50,208 nt of DNA from an uncultured Gammaproteobacteria bacterium (GCA_964410425.1 CAYPGT010000003.1:4874-55081), one strand, 5' to 3'; positions 27,462 through 36,850 are shown, counted from the first letter of the stretch. Numbers and translations are program-made. Notes: generated by a model not told the origin, from the letters alone.

Positions 27462-27950
27462 ATGACTACAGAAAAAACGTTTTTAGCAATTAAACCAGAA
27501 GCATATCAGCGCGGAGATAGCGTTGCCATCATTGAACTACTCTCAACTCTTCTCCCTGACGCTAAATGCGTAGCGATGAAAGTTTATAAACCTACGACAG
27601 AATTAGCTAAGGAGCACTATGCTGCTCTGGCGGATAAACCGTTCTTCCCTGACTTAATTAGTTCGTTTACTTCTGGACCCATACTAGGAATGGTTTGGGA
27701 AGGTCAGAATGTTGTGGCTAAGGCTAGAGATGCTATGGGTGCAACTAACCCTGAGCAGGCGGCAGAGGGTACTATTCGTAAGAAATTTGGCAAGCACATT
27801 GGTGATAATGCCATCCATGGAAGCGATACTGAGCCAGGTTCAGCGACTAGAGAGGTGGGAATTCACTTCCCTGAAGCTAAGTTTGCTACTATAGCTAATC
27901 CTGCAGCTAAGGCAAAAGAGCTTGTAGAAGCTGCTAAAGCGAGTGTTTAA
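27462..27950 (+). CDS. ndk: nucleoside diphosphate kinase
   Basis: TFLAIKPEA, GPILGMVWEG and NAIHGSD active-site His motifs. Confidence 0.9.
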   Translation: MTTEKTFLAIKPEAYQRGDSVAIIELLSTLLPDAKCVAMKVYKPTTELAKEHYAALADKPFFPDLISSFTSGPILGMVWEGQNVVAKARDAMGATNPEQAAEGTIRKKFGKHIGDNAIHGSDTEPGSATREVGIHFPEAKFATIANPAAKAKELVEAAKASV

Positions 27951-28032
27951 GAAAAGCTTAAAGAGATACATATAGGCTGAGATACCTTGTATTTCTATAT
28001 TTAACTAGGCTAGAATAGACCACTACGATATT

Positions 28033-28437
28033 ATGCTAAAAATTAGATTACAGAGATTTGGAAAGAATAAGAGCCCTATGTACAGAGTGGCTGTATTGGA
28101 GCACTCAAGCAAGAGAGATGGTAAGCCGGTAGAAGTGCTTGGTTTCTATAATCCTAAGTCTAAGGAATTAGTTATCAATACAGAGAGAGTTAAGTATTGG
28201 CAATCAGTTGGAGCTCAAGCTTCTGAGACTGTTGCAACTTTGATTAAGAAACAACCTTTACATGATTTGGCTACGGGTGCTTACCAAGCTAAAGCCAAGT
28301 CTAGATCAGAGAAAGAGAAATCTAGAACAGACTTACTTGCGCAAGGCAAGAAAAATACTAAAGCTAAGAAGAAACACGCTGAAGCTGCTGCTAAAGCGAA
28401 AGAAGCTCCAGCTGCTGAAGAAGCTGCTGCGGCTTAA
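28033..28437 (+). CDS. rpsP: 30S ribosomal protein S16 with a K/A/E-rich C-terminal extension
   Basis: MLKIRLQRFGKNKSPMYRVAV...GFYNP...YW..VGAQ. Confidence 0.9.
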   Translation: MLKIRLQRFGKNKSPMYRVAVLEHSSKRDGKPVEVLGFYNPKSKELVINTERVKYWQSVGAQASETVATLIKKQPLHDLATGAYQAKAKSRSEKEKSRTDLLAQGKKNTKAKKKHAEAAAKAKEAPAAEEAAAA

Positions 28438-28453
28438 CGTTGTGAAAATCTAA

Positions 28454-28726
28454 CTATGCGAAACTGAGTCGCTGTAGGTGACTCGCTTGTGTCGTTCGGT
28501 TGGGTCTAAGAGAAGCTACTATTGCACTCGTATTTTTGTTACTTAGGTGAGCTACTGGTTGAGAGCTTGGTGAATGCCATGAATTTATTTCTTGGCGACT
28601 TGCTCTAGCAACAGGAACAGTAGATCCTAAGGTTGATATTGCATTAAAAACGTGACGCGTGACTTTGCCGACAAAGCTGAATGCATCACCCACTGGTCCT
28701 AATAAATTCACTATGCCTACGGCCAA
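28454..28726 (-). CDS. doubtful small ORF (90 aa, TTG start)
   Basis: ORF only. The N-terminus is Gly/hydrophobic-rich and the remainder low-complexity. No clear RBS. Confidence 0.2.
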   Translation of the reverse strand: MAVGIVNLLGPVGDAFSFVGKVTRHVFNAISTLGSTVPVARASRQEINSWHSPSSQPVAHLSNKNTSAIVASLRPNRTTQASHLQRLSFA

Positions 28727-28956
28727 ATTATTTACCCTTTACCCCGATCGAACTAATTTCCTAAGCATTCATTATTTGTTAATGATTGCCAATTTCGATT
28801 CTACCAATTAAGTAAATAGCTGACAATAGATAATTATGAAAATGTTTAGCTGAGCATAAAATTTAGCTAATCTGCAAATTCTCTAGGAACATAAGATACG
28901 ATAACACGTCATAACGTAGACGGGCCATTTTGGGTCTATTTTGAGATGCGTTTCTT

Positions 28957-31900
28957 ATGGTAATTAATCAGGGTTCAATTCAAGTTAAAACCGGCAAGGT
29001 CAAATTACAGTTAGATAACTGGAAGAAACATTTAATTGATTTTAGTAAGAGAAATCAATTGCTTTTTTTTAAGTCTAGACCAAGTTTAACTATAGAGTTT
29101 AAGGAGCAAGCTCAGGATATATTTGAGAAATTAATTTTGGAGGCACGTAGCCTTGGTTTTCAGCATGAGGTAGGTGCTTTTAGTACAGGTGAGTTTGAAG
29201 ATGTCGTTGACACTGATGCTCTAATTCCTGATGATGCAGATGCTTTAGAGCCTGGCTTAAGTTTTGATGAAGTGAGTGAGCCTGAAGATAGTCCAATAGT
29301 CTTAGATCAGGAATTAGATCTTACTAATGCTCTGCAAACTAATAAGGATTCACGATCCTTAGAGCAAGTCTTAGCTAAGCTTAAGACTAGATCTAAAGCT
29401 AGTATTCAAGAGACAGGTGTGAATATTTTATACTTGGCTTTGTATTTTTTAGAATGGCATCCTAAGAGCACTAACAATATTGATGAAGAAGCTAGATCAC
29501 CATTGTTACTGGTTCCTGTAGGTTTAGAGCGTAAGGGATTGAATGGGGCTTTTAAGCTCAATGTTATTGAAGATGAGATTCGTATTAATCCTACCCTGGC
29601 TTATAAGCTTGATAGAGACTATGGTATAGATTTAAGTGACTTAGAAGCTGAACTTGAAGATATTGAGAAGATAGAAGACTTAGAAGATAAGGTTCAGCAA
29701 ATACAAGATCGTATTACTAAAGATCATCGCGAGTGGCAAGTAACAGATGATTCCTGTCTCAGTTTATTTTCGTTTGCTAAGTTGTCTCTTTATCGTGACT
29801 TAGAAGAAAACGAAGATCGTATCCTTGAGCATCCTTTAATTAGACAGATCTCAGGAGAGTTGCCAGAGCAAGTGTTCCCTAATGGAATTGATCCTAATGT
29901 TAAAGCAGAATATATAGTTAAAGCTCACGAGATTGATTCAAGATTAGATGCTAATCTTTCGTTACAGATTCTTGATGCTGATAGTAGCCAAGAAGAAGCT
30001 ATTAATGCCGCTAAAGCTGGTCAAAGCTTTGTCATCCAGGGACCACCAGGTACAGGTAAATCACAAACGATAGCTAATATTATTGCTGAGTCATTAGCTC
30101 AGAATAAAAAAATCCTCTTCGTTAGTGAAAAGAAATCAGCACTTGAAGTGGTGGTGAATAGACTCAAGGACAGTAAACTGGATAAGTTTTGTCTAGAGTT
30201 GCACAATTCTCAAAGAAAAAAATCTGACATCATTAATAATATTAGAATGGCTCTTGAAGAGATTAAGTCACTGGCTGTTGATTCAAGGCGTGAAGAATAT
30301 ATCGAAGATATTAATAAGGTTAAAGCTGCTCTGCATCGTGGTATCAGTGAACTGCATAAGCTTAGAGAACCAATCAATCATTCGCTCTATGAAATATATG
30401 GTGAGTTAAGTAAGCTCAATTTAGAACTTGGAGCACTTAGCTATAATATTGATTTCACTATTCCTAGTATAGAGAAGATAGATCTGAAGAAACTTTCTGA
30501 GTTTGATTATTTATTTAAGCAGCTTGCTAGTAAACAAGAGATATTGGATGACTATCATAATTTTATTTGGCGTAATGCTAACGTGCAAAATTTAAGTTTT
30601 GAGATTGAGAATGACATCAAGTCTAATTTCATTGAGTTCAAAAATATAATTATTAAGTTGGCAGGTTATGCTAATCCAATATCAGAAAAGTATTTTGATA
30701 AAAAAATCAATAATATTAAGGAATTCAAGTGGCTTGCTGAAGCTGCTAAGCTTGTTATCGATTCGCCATTCCCTAAGAAGGATTGGTTTAATCCATCTAA
30801 GTTAGGAGAGGTGCAGACTCTTACTCTTGAAGCGAAGATCGAACATGAAGAGTATGCGGTAAATAAGGAGAAAATACTTTCTCGCTATAGTGAAAACTTC
30901 CTTGAACTTGATCATGATGAGCTTTTAACTAGATTTACTCAAAAGTTCACTGGTATTTTTAGATTCTTAAATTTTGATTATTGGCAGACTGTTAATCAGA
31001 TTAAAAAGCTATCTCTATATAATGAAGTACGTAATTTAGAAACTATTATTGAAGATTTGCAGCAAGCAGCCTTGCTTGATAAGAAATCTCATGAGCTAAA
31101 TCAAGAAAGTACTGAGCTGTCATTGGTGCTTGGTGATTTCTATAAGGAATTTGATACCGATTGGGATGAAACTATTACTGCTATTCGTTGGGTGCAGAAG
31201 GTATTGGGTAAGTTTAATACTAATGCTTTGCCAATGCCATTGGTTGAAGTGATCTCTGAGAGTGGTTCTCAGGATGATTTCAAGGAATTTGAAAAGCAAA
31301 CTAAGGATCTTCTCCAGGCTTATGAATTACTTAAGTTTCATATGAATTTCTATAAGTCAATATTCCCTAATCCGAATGTTGATATGGATAACTTAAGCTT
31401 CTCTGAGCTAGCTCTGCACTTAGAAGATTTGATTTGCCATATTGTTAAAATCGAAGATTGGATTGAGTTTAAGCAGATAGAGTCTCAAGCTAAGAAGCTT
31501 GGTATGGGACAGTACATAGAGACGCTTATTAATTCGCCTATTAAAGGACTTGATGCTGATACTATACGCAATATTTTTATGCGTAAGTTATATCAATTAT
31601 GGATAGATAAGATTGAAATCGAGAATCCAGAAATGCGTAAGTTTAGTGGTGAAGCTCAGCAATTATTGATTGATAAGTTCTGTGACTTGGATCTTAAGCT
31701 CATTAATAAGAACAGAAACCAAATTTGTAAGTCACTAGCTCTTAATTGGATAGAATATGCTTCAAATATAGTTAATAAGCTAGATTTGCAGGTCTTAAAT
31801 CATGAGATTAATAAGAAGAAAAAGCATAAGCCGGTAAGAGTACTTATTCAAGAAGTCCCTGAACTGTTACAAACCCTTAAGCCTTGTTGGATGATGAGTC

Positions 31901-33213
31901 CACTCTCTGTCTCTCAATTAATTGAGACTAATAAGAAAGAAGCTGATAGAAAGTTTGTAGAATTTGATTTGATTATTTTTGATGAAGCGTCACAGATTAG
32001 AACTGAAGATGCGATTTGTTCTATTTATCGTGGTAAGCAGTTAATACTGGCTGGAGATTCTAACCAATTGCCACCGACTAATTTCTTTAACTATATAGAT
32101 AATGATGATGATTACGAGAATAGTAATTTCGAGAGTGTTTTAGATGAGTGTGCTGTGTTTCTTGATAGTAGAACTCTGAATTGGCACTATCGTAGTCGTC
32201 ATGAGGACTTAATTAAGTTCTCTAATTATCATATCTATGATAGTCAGTTAATTACTTTCCCTTCGCCTATCTCTAATTCCGATAGCTTTGGAATTGATTT
32301 TGAATTAATAGATAAGGGTTACTATGAGAAGGGTTCTAGGTTTAATCGTAAAGAAGCTGCCAGGGTAGCTGAAGCTGTTATAGAACATTATCAAGCTAAG
32401 CCTAATCAAAGTCTTGGTGTGATTGCGTTTTCTGAAGCTCAACAGTTTGCTATAGAAAGAGAGTTAGCTAGGCTGATGCGCAGATACCCAGAGTTGGATC
32501 AAAGCTTCCTTGATGAAGAGAGAACAGATTCTCTGTTTATTAAAAACCTAGAGAATGTACAGGGTGATGAACGTGATGTGATTTATTTTAGTATTGGTTA
32601 TGCCCGTGATAAGAAGGGTAATCTTTCGCATAACTTTGGTCCGCTTAATCGCGAAGGTGGTCATAGAAGGCTTAATGTGGCTATCACCCGTGCTCGTGAT
32701 CGCTTGAAAGTATTCTCTTCTATAGTTTCTTCTGATATAGATTTGAGCCGCACTAGTGCTCAGGGAGCCATTCTTCTTAAGAAGTACCTTGGCTTTAGTG
32801 AAGAAGCCTCGCATGCTGCTGTAAATAAACCAGCAGTAGAAGCTAGTACTCAAGATTTGATAACGATTTCTACTGCTAAAGATGAACTCAAGGACAAGTT
32901 ATCTAAGTCTTGTATTGAAGAATCTATTGCTAAGGTTCTTGAAGCTAAGGGTTATATTGTAGAGAGATTCCTTGGTTCTTCTGACTACAGGATCGATATT
33001 GCGATTAGAGATCCTAAGAATTTGGATAACTATGTTCTTGCCATAGAGACGGATGGACAGATATATCGTTCAGCTAAGACTACTCGTGATCGTGAGCGTC
33101 TGCGTCGTCAAGTTCTTAAGTCATTAGGCTGGAATACGCATAAAGTTTGGGCGCGTGATTGGGTGAAGAATGCGGATCTGGAGATTGAGAAGATCCTAGC
33201 GAGGCTTAAATAA
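28957..33213 (+). CDS. DUF4011-type superfamily-1 helicase fused to a C-terminal PD-(D/E)xK / DUF559-like nuclease domain (1418 aa)
   Basis: N-terminal HLIDFSKRNQLLFFKS (DUF4011-like). Walker A GPPGTGKS at 30040-30063 and DEASQ at 31981-31995. Also QGDERDVIYFS and RRLNVAITRAR (AAA_11/AAA_12). C-terminal YRIDIAI...AIETDG...RDRERLRRQVLKSLGWNTHKVWARDW (Vsr/DUF559-like). Confidence 0.85.
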   Translation: MVINQGSIQVKTGKVKLQLDNWKKHLIDFSKRNQLLFFKSRPSLTIEFKEQAQDIFEKLILEARSLGFQHEVGAFSTGEFEDVVDTDALIPDDADALEPGLSFDEVSEPEDSPIVLDQELDLTNALQTNKDSRSLEQVLAKLKTRSKASIQETGVNILYLALYFLEWHPKSTNNIDEEARSPLLLVPVGLERKGLNGAFKLNVIEDEIRINPTLAYKLDRDYGIDLSDLEAELEDIEKIEDLEDKVQQIQDRITKDHREWQVTDDSCLSLFSFAKLSLYRDLEENEDRILEHPLIRQISGELPEQVFPNGIDPNVKAEYIVKAHEIDSRLDANLSLQILDADSSQEEAINAAKAGQSFVIQGPPGTGKSQTIANIIAESLAQNKKILFVSEKKSALEVVVNRLKDSKLDKFCLELHNSQRKKSDIINNIRMALEEIKSLAVDSRREEYIEDINKVKAALHRGISELHKLREPINHSLYEIYGELSKLNLELGALSYNIDFTIPSIEKIDLKKLSEFDYLFKQLASKQEILDDYHNFIWRNANVQNLSFEIENDIKSNFIEFKNIIIKLAGYANPISEKYFDKKINNIKEFKWLAEAAKLVIDSPFPKKDWFNPSKLGEVQTLTLEAKIEHEEYAVNKEKILSRYSENFLELDHDELLTRFTQKFTGIFRFLNFDYWQTVNQIKKLSLYNEVRNLETIIEDLQQAALLDKKSHELNQESTELSLVLGDFYKEFDTDWDETITAIRWVQKVLGKFNTNALPMPLVEVISESGSQDDFKEFEKQTKDLLQAYELLKFHMNFYKSIFPNPNVDMDNLSFSELALHLEDLICHIVKIEDWIEFKQIESQAKKLGMGQYIETLINSPIKGLDADTIRNIFMRKLYQLWIDKIEIENPEMRKFSGEAQQLLIDKFCDLDLKLINKNRNQICKSLALNWIEYASNIVNKLDLQVLNHEINKKKKHKPVRVLIQEVPELLQTLKPCWMMSPLSVSQLIETNKKEADRKFVEFDLIIFDEASQIRTEDAICSIYRGKQLILAGDSNQLPPTNFFNYIDNDDDYENSNFESVLDECAVFLDSRTLNWHYRSRHEDLIKFSNYHIYDSQLITFPSPISNSDSFGIDFELIDKGYYEKGSRFNRKEAARVAEAVIEHYQAKPNQSLGVIAFSEAQQFAIERELARLMRRYPELDQSFLDEERTDSLFIKNLENVQGDERDVIYFSIGYARDKKGNLSHNFGPLNREGGHRRLNVAITRARDRLKVFSSIVSSDIDLSRTSAQGAILLKKYLGFSEEASHAAVNKPAVEASTQDLITISTAKDELKDKLSKSCIEESIAKVLEAKGYIVERFLGSSDYRIDIAIRDPKNLDNYVLAIETDGQIYRSAKTTRDRERLRRQVLKSLGWNTHKVWARDWVKNADLEIEKILARLK

Positions 33214-34000
33214 CCTTCTCTAGTCCATATACCAAACGATCAAGGCTCATAACTTTTTCACTAGCAAGTAAAATACCAGGCATGAAGCTGGATCTATCTA
33301 TAGTATCGTGCCTTAGAGTTAATGTTTGTCCTTGTCCGCCGAAGACTACTTCTTGGCTGGCGACATAACCCTGTAATCTTAAACTATGAATTGGAATGCC
33401 GTAGTGCAACTCTCCGCGAGATATTTCTCCGTGGTGGGGACTTTTGTTCTTTCTACCCTTAGCTGCATCTGACATCATCTTGGCTGTCTTAATCGCTGTG
33501 CCGGATGGGGAGTCAAGCTTTTGATCATGATGTCTCTCTATGATCTCGTATCTATCCATGTGTTTCACTGCTTCTGCTGCAAATTTCATCAGCAGGATCG
33601 CACCAAGTGAAAAGTTAGGAGCAATAATTGCACCCGTAATATGCTTCTGGGCAAGTGCTGAGAGTTCATTGATATCATCATCAGTTAAACCGGTCGCTCC
33701 GATCACAGGTCTGACTCCATTCTTCAAAGCAAGTCTAGAATTATGGAAAACACTATCTGGAGTCGTAAGTTCTACTAAGACATCTACTCCGCCTCTATGT
33801 AATTCTTCTTCAAGGTTGTCGGTAAATTTTACGCCTTGTTTTTTATAATTTTCGATGATGTTTGGGTTGACATTGGCAAGATTCCTTACTACTCCAGCAA
33901 CTAGTTCAAACTTATCTGAGTTAGCAAGAAAGGTCTGCATTGCCGATTCGCCCATCTTACCAAGGGCACCTGCGACTATTACTTTAGGTCTATTAGCCAT
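33206..34000 (-). CDS. dapB: 4-hydroxy-tetrahydrodipicolinate reductase
   Basis: KVIVAGALGKMG NAD-binding motif and ERHHDQKLDSPSGTA. Start moved to the ATG at 34000 (MANRPKVIV). Confidence 0.9.
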   Translation of the reverse strand: MANRPKVIVAGALGKMGESAMQTFLANSDKFELVAGVVRNLANVNPNIIENYKKQGVKFTDNLEEELHRGGVDVLVELTTPDSVFHNSRLALKNGVRPVIGATGLTDDDINELSALAQKHITGAIIAPNFSLGAILLMKFAAEAVKHMDRYEIIERHHDQKLDSPSGTAIKTAKMMSDAAKGRKNKSPHHGEISRGELHYGIPIHSLRLQGYVASQEVVFGGQGQTLTLRHDTIDRSSFMPGILLASEKVMSLDRLVYGLEKVI

Positions 34001-34007
34001 ATTGATC

Positions 34008-34032
34008 ATTATAACGGTAATTTGGCTATAAT
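34008..34032. promoter_or_regulatory. back-to-back -10-like hexamers in the 38-bp dapB/rph divergent spacer
   Basis: TATAAT on the minus strand (34013-34008) lies 7 nt before the dapB ATG. TATAAT on the plus strand (34027-34032) lies 6 nt before the rph ATG. Neither gene has an SD. Confidence 0.35.
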
Positions 34033-34038
34033 AAAACC

Positions 34039-34845
34039 ATGACCACAACTAGTACAGTAGAAAGATTAGACGGCAGGAAAGCAAACGAATTGCGTCCTTA
34101 TAGTTTCGAGAGGAATTTTATTAAAACAGCAGAGGGTTCGTGCTTGGTGACTTGTGGTGAGACGCGAGTGATAGTTACAGCTAAGATAGATCCGAATCTT
34201 CCTCCACATCTTAGAGAGGCTGGTGGTCAGGGTTGGATCACAGCTGAGTATTCTATGCTTCCAGGTTCTTCTCACGAACGTATTGGACGTGAGCGTAATA
34301 AGGCCAATAGTCGATCTTTAGAAATACAGAGACTCATTGGTCGCTCACTTAGAGCGATGGTAGATATGAAAGCCATGCCCCCTATCACTATTAATATAGA
34401 TGCTGATGTAATTCAGGCTGATGGTGGTACGCGTACAGCAAGTATCACTGGAGCTTATGTCGCAGTCTATGATTGTCTTAGACATTTACAGGAGAATGGT
34501 ATTAAGGTCAGAGCTCCACGAGGCAGTCGTGATGCCGATGCTAATGGCATGGTTCATCTAGAGTGTTTTAAGAATGGTTTGCCGATTATGCATCAGATCG
34601 CGGCCATCTCTGTTGGTATTAGAAATAATGCAGCTCTCTTAGATTTGAATTATGAAGAAGATAGTAGTGCTCAAGCTGATGGTAATTTCATCTTAACTAG
34701 TACAGGTGAGATTATAGAGATCCAGACTACTGCTGAAGATGGAGTGATCACTGAGGTTCAGTTTCAGGAGATGCTTAAGCTAGGACAGCAGGGTGTGAAG
34801 CAGCTTTGTGAATTGCAGTCTGAGAGCCTAGTTACTAAGTCTTGA
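34039..34845 (+). CDS. rph: ribonuclease PH
   Basis: RLDGRKANELRP, GSCLVTCGET.V, AEYSMLPGS and DADVIQADGGTRTASITGA. Confidence 0.9.
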   Translation: MTTTSTVERLDGRKANELRPYSFERNFIKTAEGSCLVTCGETRVIVTAKIDPNLPPHLREAGGQGWITAEYSMLPGSSHERIGRERNKANSRSLEIQRLIGRSLRAMVDMKAMPPITINIDADVIQADGGTRTASITGAYVAVYDCLRHLQENGIKVRAPRGSRDADANGMVHLECFKNGLPIMHQIAAISVGIRNNAALLDLNYEEDSSAQADGNFILTSTGEIIEIQTTAEDGVITEVQFQEMLKLGQQGVKQLCELQSESLVTKS

Positions 34846-35859
34846 ATCTTCATCTTGAACTCTCATGCTTCTTTCTATCAAACTATCCCTACTGATAATT
34901 ATTGGGATTAGTAAGCCACCCCCGTTGTCCTGATCGTTAAATTCCTCACATAGTTTTTCAATTAGACCCTGATCACCAAGAAAACGCTCTAAACGAGGAT
35001 TTAAGTTTAATTCAACTAAGTTATTCCAGACCAATTTCAATCCCGATGCTTCTTCAATCTCTACAATTTCAGAATCAGGGACATGAGCTAATTGTGTGGA
35101 TACGGTACTTCGTTCAAATGAATCTCTCTGGATATGGGTTTGGATAGTATATTCATTTGGATTGAAGCTGATTATTATACCGATATGCATGTGGTTGGGT
35201 AATGGACAACCGCTACGAATATTAAGAGGAAAATATTCATTGAAAATGAAATCTCCAATCAAGTCCATCAGCTTATTTCGAAATTCACTTGAAGTTACTA
35301 TCCCTGATATTTCTTTATGATTGTTGAGATTTCCGGTGTTACTGCCATCTATGCCAGGGCCAATTAATCTTGGAGCGATAATACATTTAGTTTGATCATT
35401 CCAAAGATCAGGTCTATATGGAAAGATTCTTCTGACTTGGTTCTCTAAATCAATTAGTTGATCATCCTTGCCAATTTTTAAACCAGGGCTAATGACCTTG
35501 TCCATGAAATTAAAAAAATTAGTGTACGCTTTTTCAAATTCTCCAATGCCATAGTTTTGTTCATTGATTGGTGTTAGGCCATTATAAGAGTATGAGCTTA
35601 GTTGATCCCTTAATCTAAACATTTCTCGATAAAACTTTGTAAGGGATTCTGATTTAAGCTTCTCGGTATTGCGATAAGTTTCTAGAATTGAGAAAACTTT
35701 ATCAAAGTGCAATAGGGTCTGAGAGCAATTATTGTCATGGCTATTAAGAAACATCGATTCTTCTATCGCCGCTAATATTGGTCGAGTTTCATTAGTCCAT
35801 TTAGAACTGAAGCTTGGGAATTCTTGGGCATATCTTCTAGTAATGATTGGAAATGACAT
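34828..35859 (-). CDS. hypothetical protein (343 aa)
   Basis: ORF starting 2 nt after the stop of the upstream 172-aa ORF (operon). AT-rich. No motif recognised. Confidence 0.5.
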   Translation of the reverse strand: MSFPIITRRYAQEFPSFSSKWTNETRPILAAIEESMFLNSHDNNCSQTLLHFDKVFSILETYRNTEKLKSESLTKFYREMFRLRDQLSSYSYNGLTPINEQNYGIGEFEKAYTNFFNFMDKVISPGLKIGKDDQLIDLENQVRRIFPYRPDLWNDQTKCIIAPRLIGPGIDGSNTGNLNNHKEISGIVTSSEFRNKLMDLIGDFIFNEYFPLNIRSGCPLPNHMHIGIIISFNPNEYTIQTHIQRDSFERSTVSTQLAHVPDSEIVEIEEASGLKLVWNNLVELNLNPRLERFLGDQGLIEKLCEEFNDQDNGGGLLIPIIISRDSLIERSMRVQDEDSRLSN

Positions 35860-35861
35860 AT

Positions 35862-36380
35862 CTAAGCTATAATTTCATCTCCTCTGAGTATCACTGGTTG
35901 TAGATTTTCTCTGCGCTTGTTCCTCTCTTGCTCTTCAAATTTGGAGCGAACCCATTTATAGTGAAGAAACTTTTCTGTTAAACTCTGTATCTTTTGTGAT
36001 AATTTAGTTTGAGATCTGTACTCAGAGCTGTTGATCTGAAAATCTTGTAGTTTTAGATTAATGAGATCTTTTACTTTAGGATGATCTTGTTGTAACACAA
36101 AATCGCGATGATCATTAATCCATGAAATGGCATCTACAACTTCGCTGACTCGAATATTTGTATGCGGAAAATGTTCAAGCAGATGTTGAGCGGATTCATA
36201 GTCTCTTTTAACGCGACCAGCTATTAGTAATGTAGTTGCTACAACTGCTGCGTCAATTACAACGGTACGAATAAGATTGGTTGCGACTACAACCGATCCT
36301 GTTGCAATTTTCGTTGCATCTTTGAGAAACTGGCGCCTTTCGGCAATTGACACTGGTTTATTTGTAACTGATTTTCTCAC
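35862..36380 (-). CDS. hypothetical protein (172 aa) with an N-terminal hydrophobic segment
   Basis: GTG start. Hydrophobic stretch ATKIATGSVVVATNLIRTVVIDAAVVATTLLIAG, then a charged helical tail. Confidence 0.45.
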   Translation of the reverse strand: MRKSVTNKPVSIAERRQFLKDATKIATGSVVVATNLIRTVVIDAAVVATTLLIAGRVKRDYESAQHLLEHFPHTNIRVSEVVDAISWINDHRDFVLQQDHPKVKDLINLKLQDFQINSSEYRSQTKLSQKIQSLTEKFLHYKWVRSKFEEQERNKRRENLQPVILRGDEIIA

Positions 36381-36550
36381 TAGTATAGGATCTTATCATA
36401 GGCAAGATAAGAGTGCCAAATTGGGGGTTTTTGCCTATTCTTGGTTAAGTCATAGTTAAAACACCGCATAAATACTCATATTTCTCTATCAAAAACCCTT
36501 AATTCTTAACCTTATATAGGCACGGGCAAGGAAGCTAGTTAAGGTTAAAA

Positions 36551-36763
36551 ATGACAACAGAAACCAAAAAATACAAACTAAGTCAAGAAGAGAAACTAAG
36601 GATGTCTAACCGCATTAACTATTTCAGAACTATGCCTACACAGATTCTTAAAACAGCAGCAAATTTAGAGATTGGTATTCGTAATCTCACTAATGAGATT
36701 GTTAATCATGAGACTAAATCAGTTCTCGTTAACGGACGTATCATGATTCTCAATATGAACTAA
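36551..36763 (+). CDS. hypothetical small protein (70 aa)
   Basis: ORF with AAGGT 6 nt upstream of the ATG, divergent from the 172/343-aa operon. Confidence 0.35.
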   Translation: MTTETKKYKLSQEEKLRMSNRINYFRTMPTQILKTAANLEIGIRNLTNEIVNHETKSVLVNGRIMILNMN

Positions 36764-36850
36764 TTTTATTTCTAATTGATAATATTTCTATTTCTAAAAT
36801 TAATTTGGAAGGGGGTCTAGCCACTGCGCGGAACCACAATTAGATAATGA

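Noticed and set aside
36764-36850. Considered a riboswitch (for example TPP) upstream of the TauC-like permease
   Set aside because: No CTGAGA/ACCTGA-type conserved boxes or convincing stems are present.
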